Assembly (NCBI RefSeq): GCF_004010195.1
Contig: NC_057752.1
Location: 3,040,222 to 3,104,221, forward strand
Direction: 5' to 3'
Source: Chiloscyllium plagiosum
Lineage: Eukaryota
DNA: 64,000 nt
The stretch's first letter is position 1, and the number at the start of each line of letters is the position of its first letter. The notes below the pieces were generated by a model, which worked only from the letters and a program-made list of their open reading frames with translations, had not been told where the DNA came from and made no database searches. Below, piece after piece: positions 50,602-62,554 of the stretch. Position numbers and translations under genes: made by a program.

Positions 50602-53129
50602 GGCTCCCCTGTGCTTGATATTTTACACACAAAGTGAAAGATGGGTTCTCCAGCTGAAGGAGCAGCAGAATGTGAAGCCACAAGTCTGTGAATGGGAGTT
50701 CCCCAGCAAGCAAGGTCTCACTCCTCCTTATTGTTGCTCTGGGAGGTCTGCAAAGCCGACATCATTGTGAGATAGAAAAGGTACCTCTTGGCTTCCTCAT
50801 TTTAATCCAAAGATTTGAAATTTCCAAAGAGAATCCAGAACCCTCCTCCCCTTATCCCTCTCTTAAACGTTGACCTAGCCCAGGGATAGGGCTTGCTCCT
50901 TGCTGTTTCAGGTGATGCAGCTCATGCTTCTGTATCTCCCAGAATTGTGAGCGGAATTGCTTTTGAGACAGCTGCATTGGGTGTGGGGGCTATGTCACCC
51001 TTTTCTTTGTGCCCGTGGACTCACTTTTGAAAGCTTTCTAGAGATTGGCCTGAATGACATTCCTCCCTTTGGCCTGCAGTAGCTCAAGCAAAGGGCCAGC
51101 GCTTAACACAGTTGTCTCCAGCTGACGGATGATGAGAAGATTTGCCCTCGATGGGCCAGATGGCCATTTCCCATCCCTGACTTTCCGAACTCAAAAGTAC
51201 TGCCCATTACACGAGCTGATTTAGCATTAATGAATGGGAGAAACCCGAGAGTTCATTAAGTGATTTGCTGAATCTGCACAATTAGGGTGTATGAATCAAT
51301 CCACTTTCCATTAATACTACAACGTATTAAGTCTTGAACTTTGAGACCAATCGATATTCCTTGTAGTGAAAATAGATTGCAGCAAATATAATGAACTAAT
51401 ACCCACTAATTCATTTGTTTGGTGGCATTGCCTTGCCCAAAGTACTCTACGATTAAAGCTATACATGCCAAGACGTGTCGCTAAATAAAATTCAGTTGAG
51501 ACAAACACGTTTCTCCCTGTTTGAAACCATGACAAATGCTTTTGGAAAATATGGCACTCCAGGCGTACAAAGAGCATTGTGGGAAACTGCTGCATTCTGG
51601 GAAGGCCCAGACCTCAGGTTAAGGCCTCTTGCGATCTGCTAGTTCAGTTTAGTATCTGCTCCAGCAAAACGATACACCGGTGGGCCAATTAATTTGCCAG
51701 ACAGTCTTCCAAGCAGGTAGACCACTAACCAGTCAGAAAGAAGTTGTTGCTATCTTGGTTTAAACAGAGGACAATAGAATGAATACAGCACATAACCGGA
51801 ACCTACCCTTTGTCGATCTTAATCAAATCAAACACTTCTAAGCTACTGACGTGACACTGAGTGACACCTTGTAAAAGACTCAAGAGGTAGAATTTTTGCT
51901 GTTCACTACTAGGATGTTCTTTCAATAAGACACAGAAAATGAGATATTACCATGCTGTTGGTGGTAAGGGTTTGATGACAATTTGCAAGGCAAGTTAAGA
52001 ATGAACGGCAGTTCAAGAGAGGTTGAGGAGCAGGTTTACATCGGAATGTATGAAGAGCAAAATCAGACTGGGCGCAAGTCAGAAAGCACAGCTTGATGTG
52101 ATTCCACATTCAAACTCTGCTGGTTCACCTTGCTCCAGGAACGAACAGGTTTCCAGCGGTCTTGGGGAGCGTCACTAGAAACATTGCTTTGTTGAATTAA
52201 CTTTTGCACGGCTGAATGATCTGGAGGCCTGGAGATGCAACGTGAGGTGATGGGGGTGATGCAACATAGCCCTGGCAGCAAAGTGTTACTCCCTGCTGCC
52301 AATCAAGGGTTGAGGCTGTGTATATATCAATGCAATTGATGAGTCCAGCACTACGCCCTCATAAGTTGGGCCAATAAAAGACTGAAATCACCAACGTACC
52401 GGGCTATAGATTTTCACTGGAAATACCGCAGTCCGAACGAATGGTTTCTCTTCAGGTCCTGTCGGTATGGGCCTGTCGGTTTGGTATAGAGACATGAGAG
52501 CATGAGCCAGGTGGATACGCCAGTGCCATGCTGATGGAGTGCTGCGCTGTCAGAAGTGCTCTCTTTTTTAAAAACAAAACAACATGGCGAGGTGTTGCGC
52601 TGTGATCCCACCCACCCTCTCAGGTCATCATTGCATCGCGAGAGCTCAACACGCCTGCTGTGTGGCCCATGTTGCATAGGAATCCCACTGGTCGCAAAAT
52701 ACTTTGAGATGTGGTTCACCGTTCCAGGGTGCTACACACACATGCATTTGGCCTGACTATATTGCTGTCGTGCGTGCCTAATTGACATAGCAAAGAACGA
52801 AAGACCTAACTCGCTTCCCAATTTGAATGGAACATTTCAGATTAATAATTAACCTTCTCTCCCCTCACTCCCTCCCCAAGTATCTATTGATTTATTAATG
52901 GCACTACTGTCAATAACTACAAAGAGAAAAATACCCTGCCTGGGGAAAGGGAGGACGCTGTTACATCCCCTGGTGTTTACATGCAAATATCCGAAGGGCA
53001 ATGAGAATTAATTCTCCTGTTTCATTTCAATGACATTTCAGCTTTGTGTTAGCTCTCAGTCTGCGAGGTCACAGGGGTAAGACTCTGCACAGGACACAAG
53101 CCAATCTTAATATGTTGTGCTGTTATTAT

Positions 53130-53320
53130 AGCGAAGAAAGGCAGCGCCTACAATTATACAGCACCTTGCACAACCTCAGAGCATCCAAACGTGCATTTTG
53201 CAACCAATAAAGCACTTGAAGTGTCGCCGTTGAGTTAAATGGCGCACAGCAAGATCCCACACACAGCAATCCAATAACGACCAGGGCATCCAATTGAATG
53301 ATGCTGGGTGAAGGATGAAG
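53130..53320 (-). mobile_element. Deu-domain SINE 3' fragment
   Basis: ttatacagcaccttgcacaacctcag..gcacagcaagatcccacacacagcaat. Confidence 0.7.
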
Positions 53321-53324
53321 AGAT

Positions 53325-54040
53325 AACATAGCATCATACACACGGAAACAGACCCTTTGATCCAACCAATCCATAATCCCGAACTAAACTAGCCCCACCT
53401 GCCTGCCCCTGGCCCATATCCCTCCAAACCTTTCCTATTCATGTATTTATCCAAATGACTTTTAAATGTTGTAACTGCACCCACATCCACCACTTCCTCA
53501 GGAAGTTCATTCCACACACGAACTAATCTCTGTGTAAAAACAATGCCTCTTACGTCTTTTTTACAAATCTCTCTCCTCTCACCTTAAAAATGTACCCCTT
53601 AGTCTTGAAATTTCCCCATCCTAGGGAAAAGGCACCTGTCATTAACCCTATCTATACCCCTCATGATTTTATACACCTCTATTAGGTCACTGCGCAACGT
53701 CCTACAGCTCCAGTGAAAAAAAGTCCAAGCCTGTCCAGTCTTTCTTTATAACTCAAACCTTCCAGACCCGGCAACATCCTGGTAAATCTCTTCTGAACCT
53801 TCTCCAGCTGAATAATATCCTTCCTATAACAGGGCGACCAGAACTGGCCTCACCAACGTCCTGTTCAACCTCAACATGACATCCCAACTCCAATACTCAA
53901 AGGACTGAGCAATGAAGACAAGCGTGCTAAACACCTTCTTAACCACCCTGTCTATATGTGACGCAAACTTCAAAGAATTATGTACCTGCACCCCTCGGTC
54001 CCTCTGTTCTACAACACTACCCAAGGCTCTACCATGAATC
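53325..54040 (-). mobile_element. CR1 3' part
   Basis: EQRDRGVQVHNSLK..RTLVRP; 3' UTR. Confidence 0.9.
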
Positions 54041-54287
54041 ATAGAAGCCCAACCACATTGGTCCCTTGTGGCCTGAGTCTAAGCGAGATGGCATAAATGG
54101 CAGGGGTTATCTGGTCCATTGACTTTGATTGATTGCATGTCAGTACATGTTCCCTGGCAGGAGTATAGTGGGACAAGAATTCGTGATCTAAACCCATGGC
54201 CCACAGTTTCTAACCATTGGCACTAGTCTAGCTAATAATGAACTTAATTTGAACTGAATCCAAACGTAACTCCTTGGAGTATGGTTT

Positions 54288-54568
54288 CATTTGATTTATT
54301 ATTGTCACATGTACCTAGGTACAGTGAAAAGTTTTGTTTTGCGTGCAATACAGGCAGACCATGCCATCCAAAGGTCATAGAGCGATTGAACAGAACGAGG
54401 AATACCAAGTAACAGCTGCAGAGAGGTGCACAAAAAGCAAGATCAACATTAGATTTGAAATTGGAGAGGTCCAGTCAGAAGTCTAACAACAGCGGGGAAG
54501 AAGCTGTCCTTGAATCTGTTAGTTTGTATGTTTAAGCTTCTGTATCTTCTACCCAACAGAAGAGTTTG
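54288..54568 (-). mobile_element. Rex1/Babar-clade LINE 3' end
   Basis: Minus strand LLGRRYRSLNIQTNRFKDSFFPAVVRLL; UTR ends gtgacaataataaatc. Confidence 0.8.
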
Positions 54569-54930
54569 GGTAGTGTAGTGGTTACATCAATGGGCTAGTA
54601 ATCCAGAAATTGGGACTCATGATTCTGAGATAGGAGTTCAAATCCCACTGTGGAAAATTGGGAAATTTAAATTCAATTAACTACCCAAACCTGGAGATGT
54701 GAAAGCTGGTACAAGGAATGGTGATCGTAAAACTATAGAAGAGTATTGCAAAAACACATCCAGTCCCCTAATATACTAGAGAGGAATAAATCTGCCACCC
54801 TTACCCAGGCTGGTCTACATGTGACTCCAGGCCCACAGCAATGTGATTGATTCTTAACCACCCTCTGAAATTGCTGAGCAGATCAAGGGCAATAAACACT
54901 GACCTAATCCTCTGTGTTAATAAAAAAAGA
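54569..54930 (+). mobile_element. tRNA-head SINE (family B derivative)
   Basis: tagtgtagtgg A box, gttcaaatcc B box, core atgtgactccag..cacagcaatgtg, tail aagggcaataaa. Confidence 0.75.
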
Positions 54931-55033
54931 ATGCCCAAGACTCTGACACATAGCTCATAACCCCTCTCCTCAAAGTCGAATTAATAAATCTTTAATTAAT
55001 AACGATCAAGACCATGTGGAGGTAAGACCTTAA

Positions 55034-55722
55034 ATAGAGTCATAGAGTCATAGAGATGTACAGCACGGAAACAGACCCGTCGGTCCAACTCATCCATGCC
55101 AACCACATATCCTAACCTAATCTAATCTCATTTACCAGCACTTGGCTTATATCCCTCTTAAACCTTTCCCATTCATATCCCCATCCAGATGCCTTTTAAA
55201 TGTTGTCATTGTACCAGCCTCCACCACTTCCTCTGGCAGCTCATTCCATACACGCACCACCCTCTGTGTGAACTTGTTGCCCCTTAGGTCTCTTTTATAT
55301 CTTTCCCCTCTCACCCTAAACCTATGCCCTCTAGTTCTGGACTCCCCCACCCCAGGGAAAAAACTTTGACTATTTATCCTATCCATGCCCCTCATGATTT
55401 TATAAACCTCTATAAGGTCACCCCTCAGTCTCCGACACTCCAGGGAAAACAGCCTGTTCAGCCTTTCCCTGCAGCTCAGATCCTCCAACCCTGGCAACAT
55501 TCTTGTAAATCTTTTTTGAACCCTTTCAAGTTTCACAACATCTTTCCGTTAGGAAGGAGACCAGAATCGCACGCAATATTCCAACAGTGGCCTAACCAGT
55601 GTCCCGTACAGCCGCAACATGACCTCCCAACTCCTGTACTCAGTGCACTGACCAATAAAGGAAAGCATACCAAACGCCTTCTTCACTATCCTATCTACCT
55701 GTGACCCCACTTTCAAGGAGCT
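55034..55722 (-). mobile_element. CR1 3' part
   Basis: LEYCVRFWSP; RLRGDLIEVYKIM; (atagagtc)n tail. Confidence 0.95.
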
Positions 55723-55849
55723 TTGGCGACACAATGCCTGAGGTAGACTGGAGATGATCTACACCATGGCCGTTAAAGGATTATCTTGTATTATTGCTTT
55801 CCACAAGCACATCTGCAAGCACACTTTAAATACAGTACGGTATAGGATG

Positions 55850-56085
55850 AATATCTTCTCTCAGAGGGGAGTGAATCTGTAGAATTCTTTACTGCAAAGG
55901 GCTGTCGAGGCTGGGTCACTAAATCCAAGGTTGAGACAGACAGATTTTTAATAAGTCAGGGAATTGAGGGTTCTAGGGTAAAGGCAAGAAGGGTAAAGGA
56001 GGATGATCAGATCAGCCACGGTCACAGAAACAGCAGAGAAGACAGATGGGCTGCATGGCCTCCTTCTTCTTTACATCTTATAGTC
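55850..56085 (+). mobile_element. Older CR1 3' fragment
   Basis: ttctctcagaggggagtgaatctgtagaattc; gatcagccac. Confidence 0.75.
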
Positions 56086-57387
56086 TTAAGTAACGCTGTG
56101 CGACATCATTCCACCTGGCATTCTCAGATCCAATTACCTCCGTTTGCTGTTTGTAAATTCTTTTTTATTCTTGTTATTCTATGCTGACATTGATGCATTT
56201 ATTGTCCGTCGCTAACTGCCCTGGAGAAAGTGGTCTAAAATCAAACGGCTTCCAATTGGAATTGCAACATGGTGCCTAGGTACAGCGATGGTATACACTT
56301 TTTGCTGCATTATATATTGAAACCACGTGACAATAAAGGATATTGAAATAAAACAGAAACAAGAGGGCTATAGTTGGCATTAAAATCTTGGATTCACACC
56401 AACAGCAGTGAGAGTTCATGGAATGGGGAAAAATTAAAAGAAAGAATAAGAAAGAAAAAGAGATAGGAAAGGAAAAAATAAACAGGAGGGTCAAAAAATT
56501 TAAAAATACAGAAAAAAGAAAAAAAAAACGGAAAAAATAAAGAGTTGATGGGATATTAAATGGGCAAGTCCAATCCTGCTGGGACCCACACGTGTCAAGC
56601 GGAGTTGGACGCCCATCAAGTGCTGGCACCTTGGGCAAGATCCTCCCTTCCCAGTGCCCGGGAGAGCTCGCACTACCTCGAATGCCAAGCTGGGCTGGGA
56701 TCACGTCAACCTAGCAGCGGGCATTGAATCACCAGGCGGGCACAGTCAAGCCAGGGTCAACATTGTGAAAGGGCATTCGAAAGGGCGACCTTTACCATGG
56801 AGGAAGCAATCCAAAATGTTTCTGTGACAAACATCGGACAGCACCACATTAATTGGCCGTTCCTTCAGACACAGCACGCCGTTAGTGGTGCTTGGCTATG
56901 TGAGAAGCAGCTCATTAACTGGTAATAAATTTTTAATTCAACTCCAGGCATCAGCTCGTCTCCGAATACCCTGGTGAAATGTTTTTAAACTTTTAATTAA
57001 GAACTTGGGACTTGGCTGAACCATCTGGTGGCACTTCGGCTGCTGTCTCCCTGTGTCTGAAGGCTAAGGAGCACTGTCTGTGGTCCCACTTGGTGCATCA
57101 AGTGCTCGAAGGTTTCCCCTTCCTCCCATCGCAACGGAGGAAGAACCAACACTTGCAAACCTCTCTCTCAAACCCCCAGAGTGTCCATACAAGGCCATCA
57201 AACCCTATTCATCCACTAGTTTTGACCAAGATGTCCTGGAACGGCCTCACACACTCACCATTGGCTGTCTACGCAATCGAAGACTCAGGGAGAGCAAGTG
57301 AAGAAAGAAATTGTACGGAAATAATTCTCTGAAGAAGAATTGGTCAGGATGTAAGGCTGCTGCCACAATAAAGGTTGCAGTTTGAAT

Positions 57388-57713
57388 ATGATTTGGAGGT
57401 GCCAGTGTTGGACTGGGGTGGACAACGTTAAAAATCTCACAACACCAGGTTATAGTCCAACAGGTTTATTTGGAAGTATGGCTTTCAGAGTGCCGCTCCT
57501 TCGTCAGGTAGCTGTCTTAAGAAGGAGCAGCACTCTGAAAGCTAGTGCTTCCACATAAACCTGTTGGGCTGGTGTTGTGAAGTTTGAGAAAGGTGAGGAC
57601 TGCAGATGCCGGAGCTCAGAGTCGCGAGTGTGGCGCTGGAAAAGCGCAGCAGGTCAGGCAGCATCCCAGGAGCGGGAGAGTCGACTTTTTGGGCAGAAGC
57701 CCTTCATCAGGAA
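57388..57713. mobile_element. Penelope family A hairpin fused to a family B arm
   Basis: A hairpin ~57388-57585, B arm ~57586-57713; tgcagtttgaa at 57376-57386 and 57718-57728. Confidence 0.8.
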
Positions 57714-57966
57714 GTTCTGCAGTTTGAACAGTGACAGAAGGGGACACATTCCTTCCTGGTGGCCACAGAATGCAGCACCTCTGACAGAGAATGCTTTTCA
57801 GGCAAAGACCAAGGTGTCCCATCCGAGAGTGGAGTGGGAGGCGTGTTTCCAGGAAGGGCTGGCATGGCTTTGTGTGTGCCAGCCCGCGGTCCAGTGTATC
57901 GGAGCCAGCTGAGGTGGCAAAGAGGGCTGAGGTTACTCTTCCTTTCCACAGATCTGCAAGTAGGGG

Positions 57967-59551
57967 CATAGAGTCATAGAGACGTACAGCACGGAAACAG
58001 AGAAGAGACCTCAGAGATACATAAAATCATGAAGGGCATGGATAAGATAATTAGACAAAGGCTTTTCCCTGGGGAGGCGTAAAAAAGACATGAGGGGCAA
58101 ATTCTTTACACAGAGGATGGTTCGTGTGTGGAATGAACTTCCAGAGGAGGCTGAGGGGTGACCTTATAGAGGTTTAGACAATTATGAGGGGCATGGATAG
58201 GATAAATAGGCAAGGTCTTCTCCCTGGGGTGGGGGAGTCCACAACTAGAGGGCATAGGTTTAGGGCGAAAGGGGAAAGTTATAAAAGGGAGCTAAGGGGC
58301 AACTTTTTCACGCAGAGGGCTGTGCGTGTATAGAATGAGCTGCCAGAGCTGCTAATGTGGTGCCACTGTTTAAGAAGGGTGGTAAGGAGAAGCCAGGGAA
58401 CTATAGACCAGTGAGCCTGACCTCAGTGGTGGGCAAGTTGTTGGAGGGAATCCTGAGGGACAGGATGCACATATATTTGGAAAGGCAAGGATTGATTAGG
58501 GATAGTCAACATGGCTTTGTGCGTGGGAAATGTGGAGCGCCACAAGGATCAGTGCTGGGTCCTCTACTTTTCATCATTTATATAAATGATTTGGATGCAA
58601 GCATAGGAGGTATAGTTAGTAAGTTTGCAGATGACACCAAAATTGGAGGTGTACTAGACAGCGAAGAAGGTCACCTCAGATTACAACAGGATCTTGATCA
58701 GATGGGCCAATGGGCTGAGAAGTGGCAGATGGAGTTTAATTCAGATAAATGTGAAGTGCTGCATTTTGGGAAAGCAAATCTTAGCAGGACTTATACACTT
58801 AATGGTAAGGTCCGAGGGAGTGTTGCTGAACAAAGATACCTTGGAGTGCAGGTTCATAGCTCCTTGAAAGTGGAGTCGCAGGTAGATAGGATAGTGAAGA
58901 AGGCGTTTGGAATGCTTTCTTTTGTTGGTCAGAGTATTGAGTACAGGAGTTGGGAGGTCATGTTGTGGCTGTACAGGACGTTGGGGGTTAGGCCGCTGTT
59001 GGAATATTGCGTGCAGTTCTGGTCTCCTTCCTATTGGAAAGATGTTGTGAAACTTGAAAGGGTTCAGAAAAGATTTACAAGGATGTTGCCAGGGTTGGAG
59101 GGTTTGAGCTATAAGGAGAGGCTGAATAGGCTGGGGCTGTTTTCCCTGGAGTGAAGGAGGCTGAGGGGTAACCTTATAGATGTCTATAAAATCATGAGGG
59201 GCATGGATAGGGTAAATAGATAAGGTCTTTTCCCCCAGCATAGGGGAGTCCAGAACTAGAGGGGCATAGGTTTAGGGTGAGAGGGGAAAGATTTAGAAGG
59301 GACCAAAGGGACAACTTTTTCACACAGAGGTTGGTGCGTGCATGGAATGAGCTGCCAGAGGAAGTGGTGGAGGCTGGTACAATTGCAACATTTAAAAAGG
59401 CTTTTGGATGGGTATATGAATAGGAAGGGTTGAGAAGTACATGGGCTAAGTGCTGGCAAATGGGACTAGATTGGGTTGGGATATCTTGGTCGGCATGGAC
59501 GGGTTGGACTGAAGAGTCTGTTTCTGTGCTGTACATCTCTATGACTCTATG
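57967..59551 (+). mobile_element. Rearranged CR1 cluster; 265-aa RT ORF with internal deletion
   Basis: KPGNYRPVSLTS..QHGFVRGK joined directly to CGAPQGSVLGP..KFADDTK; extra 3' fragments at 58005-58350. Confidence 0.92.
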
Positions 59552-59634
59552 ACACACCACAGTCAGAGCTGCACCGCAATGTTGTGGCATATGCTTGGTG
59601 AGTGTTCTCTGGAGACAGGCAGTGGAGTCGACAG

Positions 59635-59863
59635 TCAAGATTAGAGTGGTGCTGGAAAACCACAGCAGGTCAGGCAGCATCCGAAGAGCAGGAAAATCGA
59701 CGTTTTGGGCAAACGCCCTCCCTGCTTCATTCCTGATGAAGGGCTTTTGCCCGAAACGTTGATTTTCCTGCTCCTCGGATGCTGCCTGACCTGCTGTGCT
59801 TTTCCAGCACCACTCTAACCTTGACTCTGATTTCCAGCATCTGCAGTACCCACTTCCAGCTAT
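59635..59863. mobile_element. Penelope-derived palindrome (family B) with 12-bp TSD
   Basis: tggagtcgacag at 59623-59634 and 59864-59875; long inverted arms. Confidence 0.88.
59733..59760 (+). ncRNA. Hammerhead ribozyme core
   Basis: CUGAUGA-A-GGGC(uuuu)GCCC-GAAAC-GUU; stem I weak. Confidence 0.55.
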
Positions 59864-60439
59864 TGGAGTCGACAGGTCAAGTCTCCAGCACAAGTTCGAG
59901 CTTTGGGTGTAGAACTGCTGAAAAAGAGTCAAGGTCCCCATTCCAACATTAGCAATAAACGCCGCCATTACCAGGCCCACAGGCACATCCTGCATTAAAA
60001 CCTCACAACAAATTGCCATACAAGTTGCAATTATCTGTTAAGTCAGAAAGATTCTGACGCAGATGGTTCCCATTTCATCCAGCTCAGGCAGAAATGCCAA
60101 TCTACTGTCTGCGATAAAGCAATCAAAAGTGAGTGCAAGACACTGAGTGCAGTCTGCTGTTCTTAATGATGCTTTCTCCACATTCCTCATTGTCCTCTTC
60201 AGAAGATATTTGTCTCATTTCATCCCCCTGTTCTCCCGGAACTCTTGCGAGGGAACAGTTTGACAGGCACTGCAGGTGTCCCAATATTCCAACCACCCAC
60301 TCCTGAGGTGCAGCCTGAGGTTTAACTCATTCTCACCGACTATCCGCACGCCGTTTCCTGCAGCAACCACAGGGTGGCTAACACTGGCACACAGCTTGGC
60401 TGAGCAGTTATCACAACCGGGCTGAATGAAGCCAGCTCT

Positions 60440-61098
60440 CATCTGAAGCAGCACTTTACCTGCACTTCCCACAATCTGGTCTACTGCATTTGCTGCTCAC
60501 AACGTGGTCTCCTCTACATTGGGGAAATGAAGCATAGACTGGGTGACTGCTCCACAGAACGTATGTTCGTAAAAAAGACCCTGAGCCTCCAGTTGCCTGT
60601 CACTTGAACACCCCACCCTGTTCCCTGGTCAACATCTCTGTCTCAGGCTTCCTGCAGTGTTCCGGTGAAGCTCAGAGCAAGCTGGAAGAACAGCATCTCA
60701 TTTTCTACTTGGGAACTCTACAGCCTTCTGGGGTCAATAGTGAGTTCAACTTTAGGGTTTGAGCTCTCCCATGACCCCTACCCCAACTCCCACACACCAG
60801 GCTTTGTTATCACACAGTCTGCCATTACACCCAACCCATCGTTAGCCACTGACAGTCCCCATTAACAGTGCCCAGCCTGATCATTATCAACTCCCTTGTC
60901 TGACCAACTGTTCTGCCCTTGCTTTGGGCTCTATCCCCTCCTCCCTCCACCCAATTGTCTGCATACAAACCAACATTTTCCTCGCTACAGTCAGTTCTGA
61001 GGAAGGATCACCACACCTGAGACGTTACCCCTGATATCTCTCCACAGATGCTGGCCAGGCCTGCTGAGCTTTTCCAGCAACTTTCTGTTTTCGGTTCT
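60440..61098 (+). mobile_element. Penelope-like element 3' end: GIY-YIG endonuclease remnant + pLTR
   Basis: HFTCTSHNLVYCICCSQRGLLYIGEMKHRLGD..PVACHLN..LEEQHLIFYLGTLQPSGVN (60440-60750, frameshifted); family C pLTR with decayed hammerhead near 60997. Confidence 0.88.
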
Positions 61099-61259
61099 CA
61101 CCTATGGACCAGTGCATCACACCCTTACCTGAGCCAGACAACTGTGGGTTCAAATCCCAATCCAGAGGCTCAGGGTCACAAAATAAACTGACACCTGCCC
61201 CCCCCCCCCCCCCCGCATGTCGTCTTTCAGGTGAAGTGAAACCTTTGAGACCCTATCTC

Positions 61260-61477
61260 GTAGAATCCCTACGGTGCAAAAAGACCCATCAAGTCAGACT
61301 GACCCACTACAGAGCATCCGACACTATCCCCATTTCCAATCCACCCTAACCATCACATCTTTAGACCCACCCAGACATAGAGAGAACGAGCAAACTCCAC
61401 ACAGACAGACACCCGAGGGTGGAATCGAACCCAGGTCCCGTGGGGCAGCAGTGCTAACCACTGAGCCACCATGCCAC
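61260..61477 (-). mobile_element. HE1-type V-SINE, deleted
   Basis: Head and partial tail. Confidence 0.8.
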
Positions 61478-62164
61478 TATATTTTCTCTGTCTCTCAATG
61501 ACTTGGCATTGTTTCCAGGGTGATGGTGAACGCTCACTGGTCCTTCTCCCGCAGCGCACGCAACACACATTCCACAGAGATGTTGGCCAAGGAACAGGAT
61601 GGTGTGTTAAAGGGGCAGGCAACTGTCTCTTTGGTACTCACATCTCGAGTCAAGTCTCTTGATTTCCATCAAGCTACCTCAATCTCCCCACCAGCGAGTC
61701 AGAAACACTGATGTCATTTTATTTTTTTCTGTTCTGGAGTGAACATTCATTACAGATTTTCAGCAGTAATGCGGCAGACGGAAATTGCTAAGAAAGTGGG
61801 CCCTTTCTAAAGCCTTCCTTGAGACTTTCTTCTTGATGAAGGAATTTGAGGGCCGCAGAAAACAAATTGGAAATAAAAAAGAAACACCTGGCTGGTGAAT
61901 GATGCACAAATGCAAACGCTTCAAGCACAATTCTCAAAGCAAACCGGGCTCTCGCAATGACACCAGGGCCTAGTTCATCGCTTTTCAGCGAGGGTACAGC
62001 TGCATGCTTTCGCCAATGACTGCAATCATTTCATTTGCAGCACCTGGAGTTAATTAGTCGTTAACTAATGCGTGCGCTAATTATTCCAGGAAGAAAGAGA
62101 GATTTGGCAGAGCAACATTTCGCTGGAGTCCAATCCCCTCACACGGTCCCAACAAACGCACACC

Positions 62165-62459
62165 CAGTGGTTAGCACTGCCGCCTCACAGCACTAGGGTC
62201 CCAGGTTCAATTCCAGCCTCGGGCGACTGTCTGTGTGGAGTTTGCACCTTCTCCCCGTGTCTGTGTGGGTTTGCTCCGGGTTTCCTCCCACAGTCCAAAG
62301 ATGTGCAGGTCAGGTGAATTGGCCATGCTAAATTGCTCATAGTGGTAGGTCCATTAGTCAGAGGGAAATGGGTCTGGGTGGGTTACTCTTCGGAGGGTCG
62401 GTGTGGACTGGTTGAGCCAAAGGGCTTGATTCCACGCTGTAGGGAATCTAATCTAATCA
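62165..62459 (+). mobile_element. HE1-type V-SINE
   Basis: Head, V-domain, ctaat tail. Confidence 0.9.
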
Positions 62460-62554
62460 TTGGAGGAAAGCCAAAATCCGACCGTGCTGCCACTGACTTC
62501 AGCACATTAAACATCGCATTCGCGCTCGCTCGGTCATTGCATCACACTCAACAA

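Noticed and set aside
56828..56847. Second RE1 site
   Set aside because: Only the right half (ggacagcacc) matches; HE1 heads likewise give only partial matches
57012..57332. Overlapping 73-106 aa ORFs
   Set aside because: No recognisable domain or splice support
58357..59154. Functional reverse transcriptase gene
   Set aside because: 5'-truncated, internal deletion of RT motifs, premature stop
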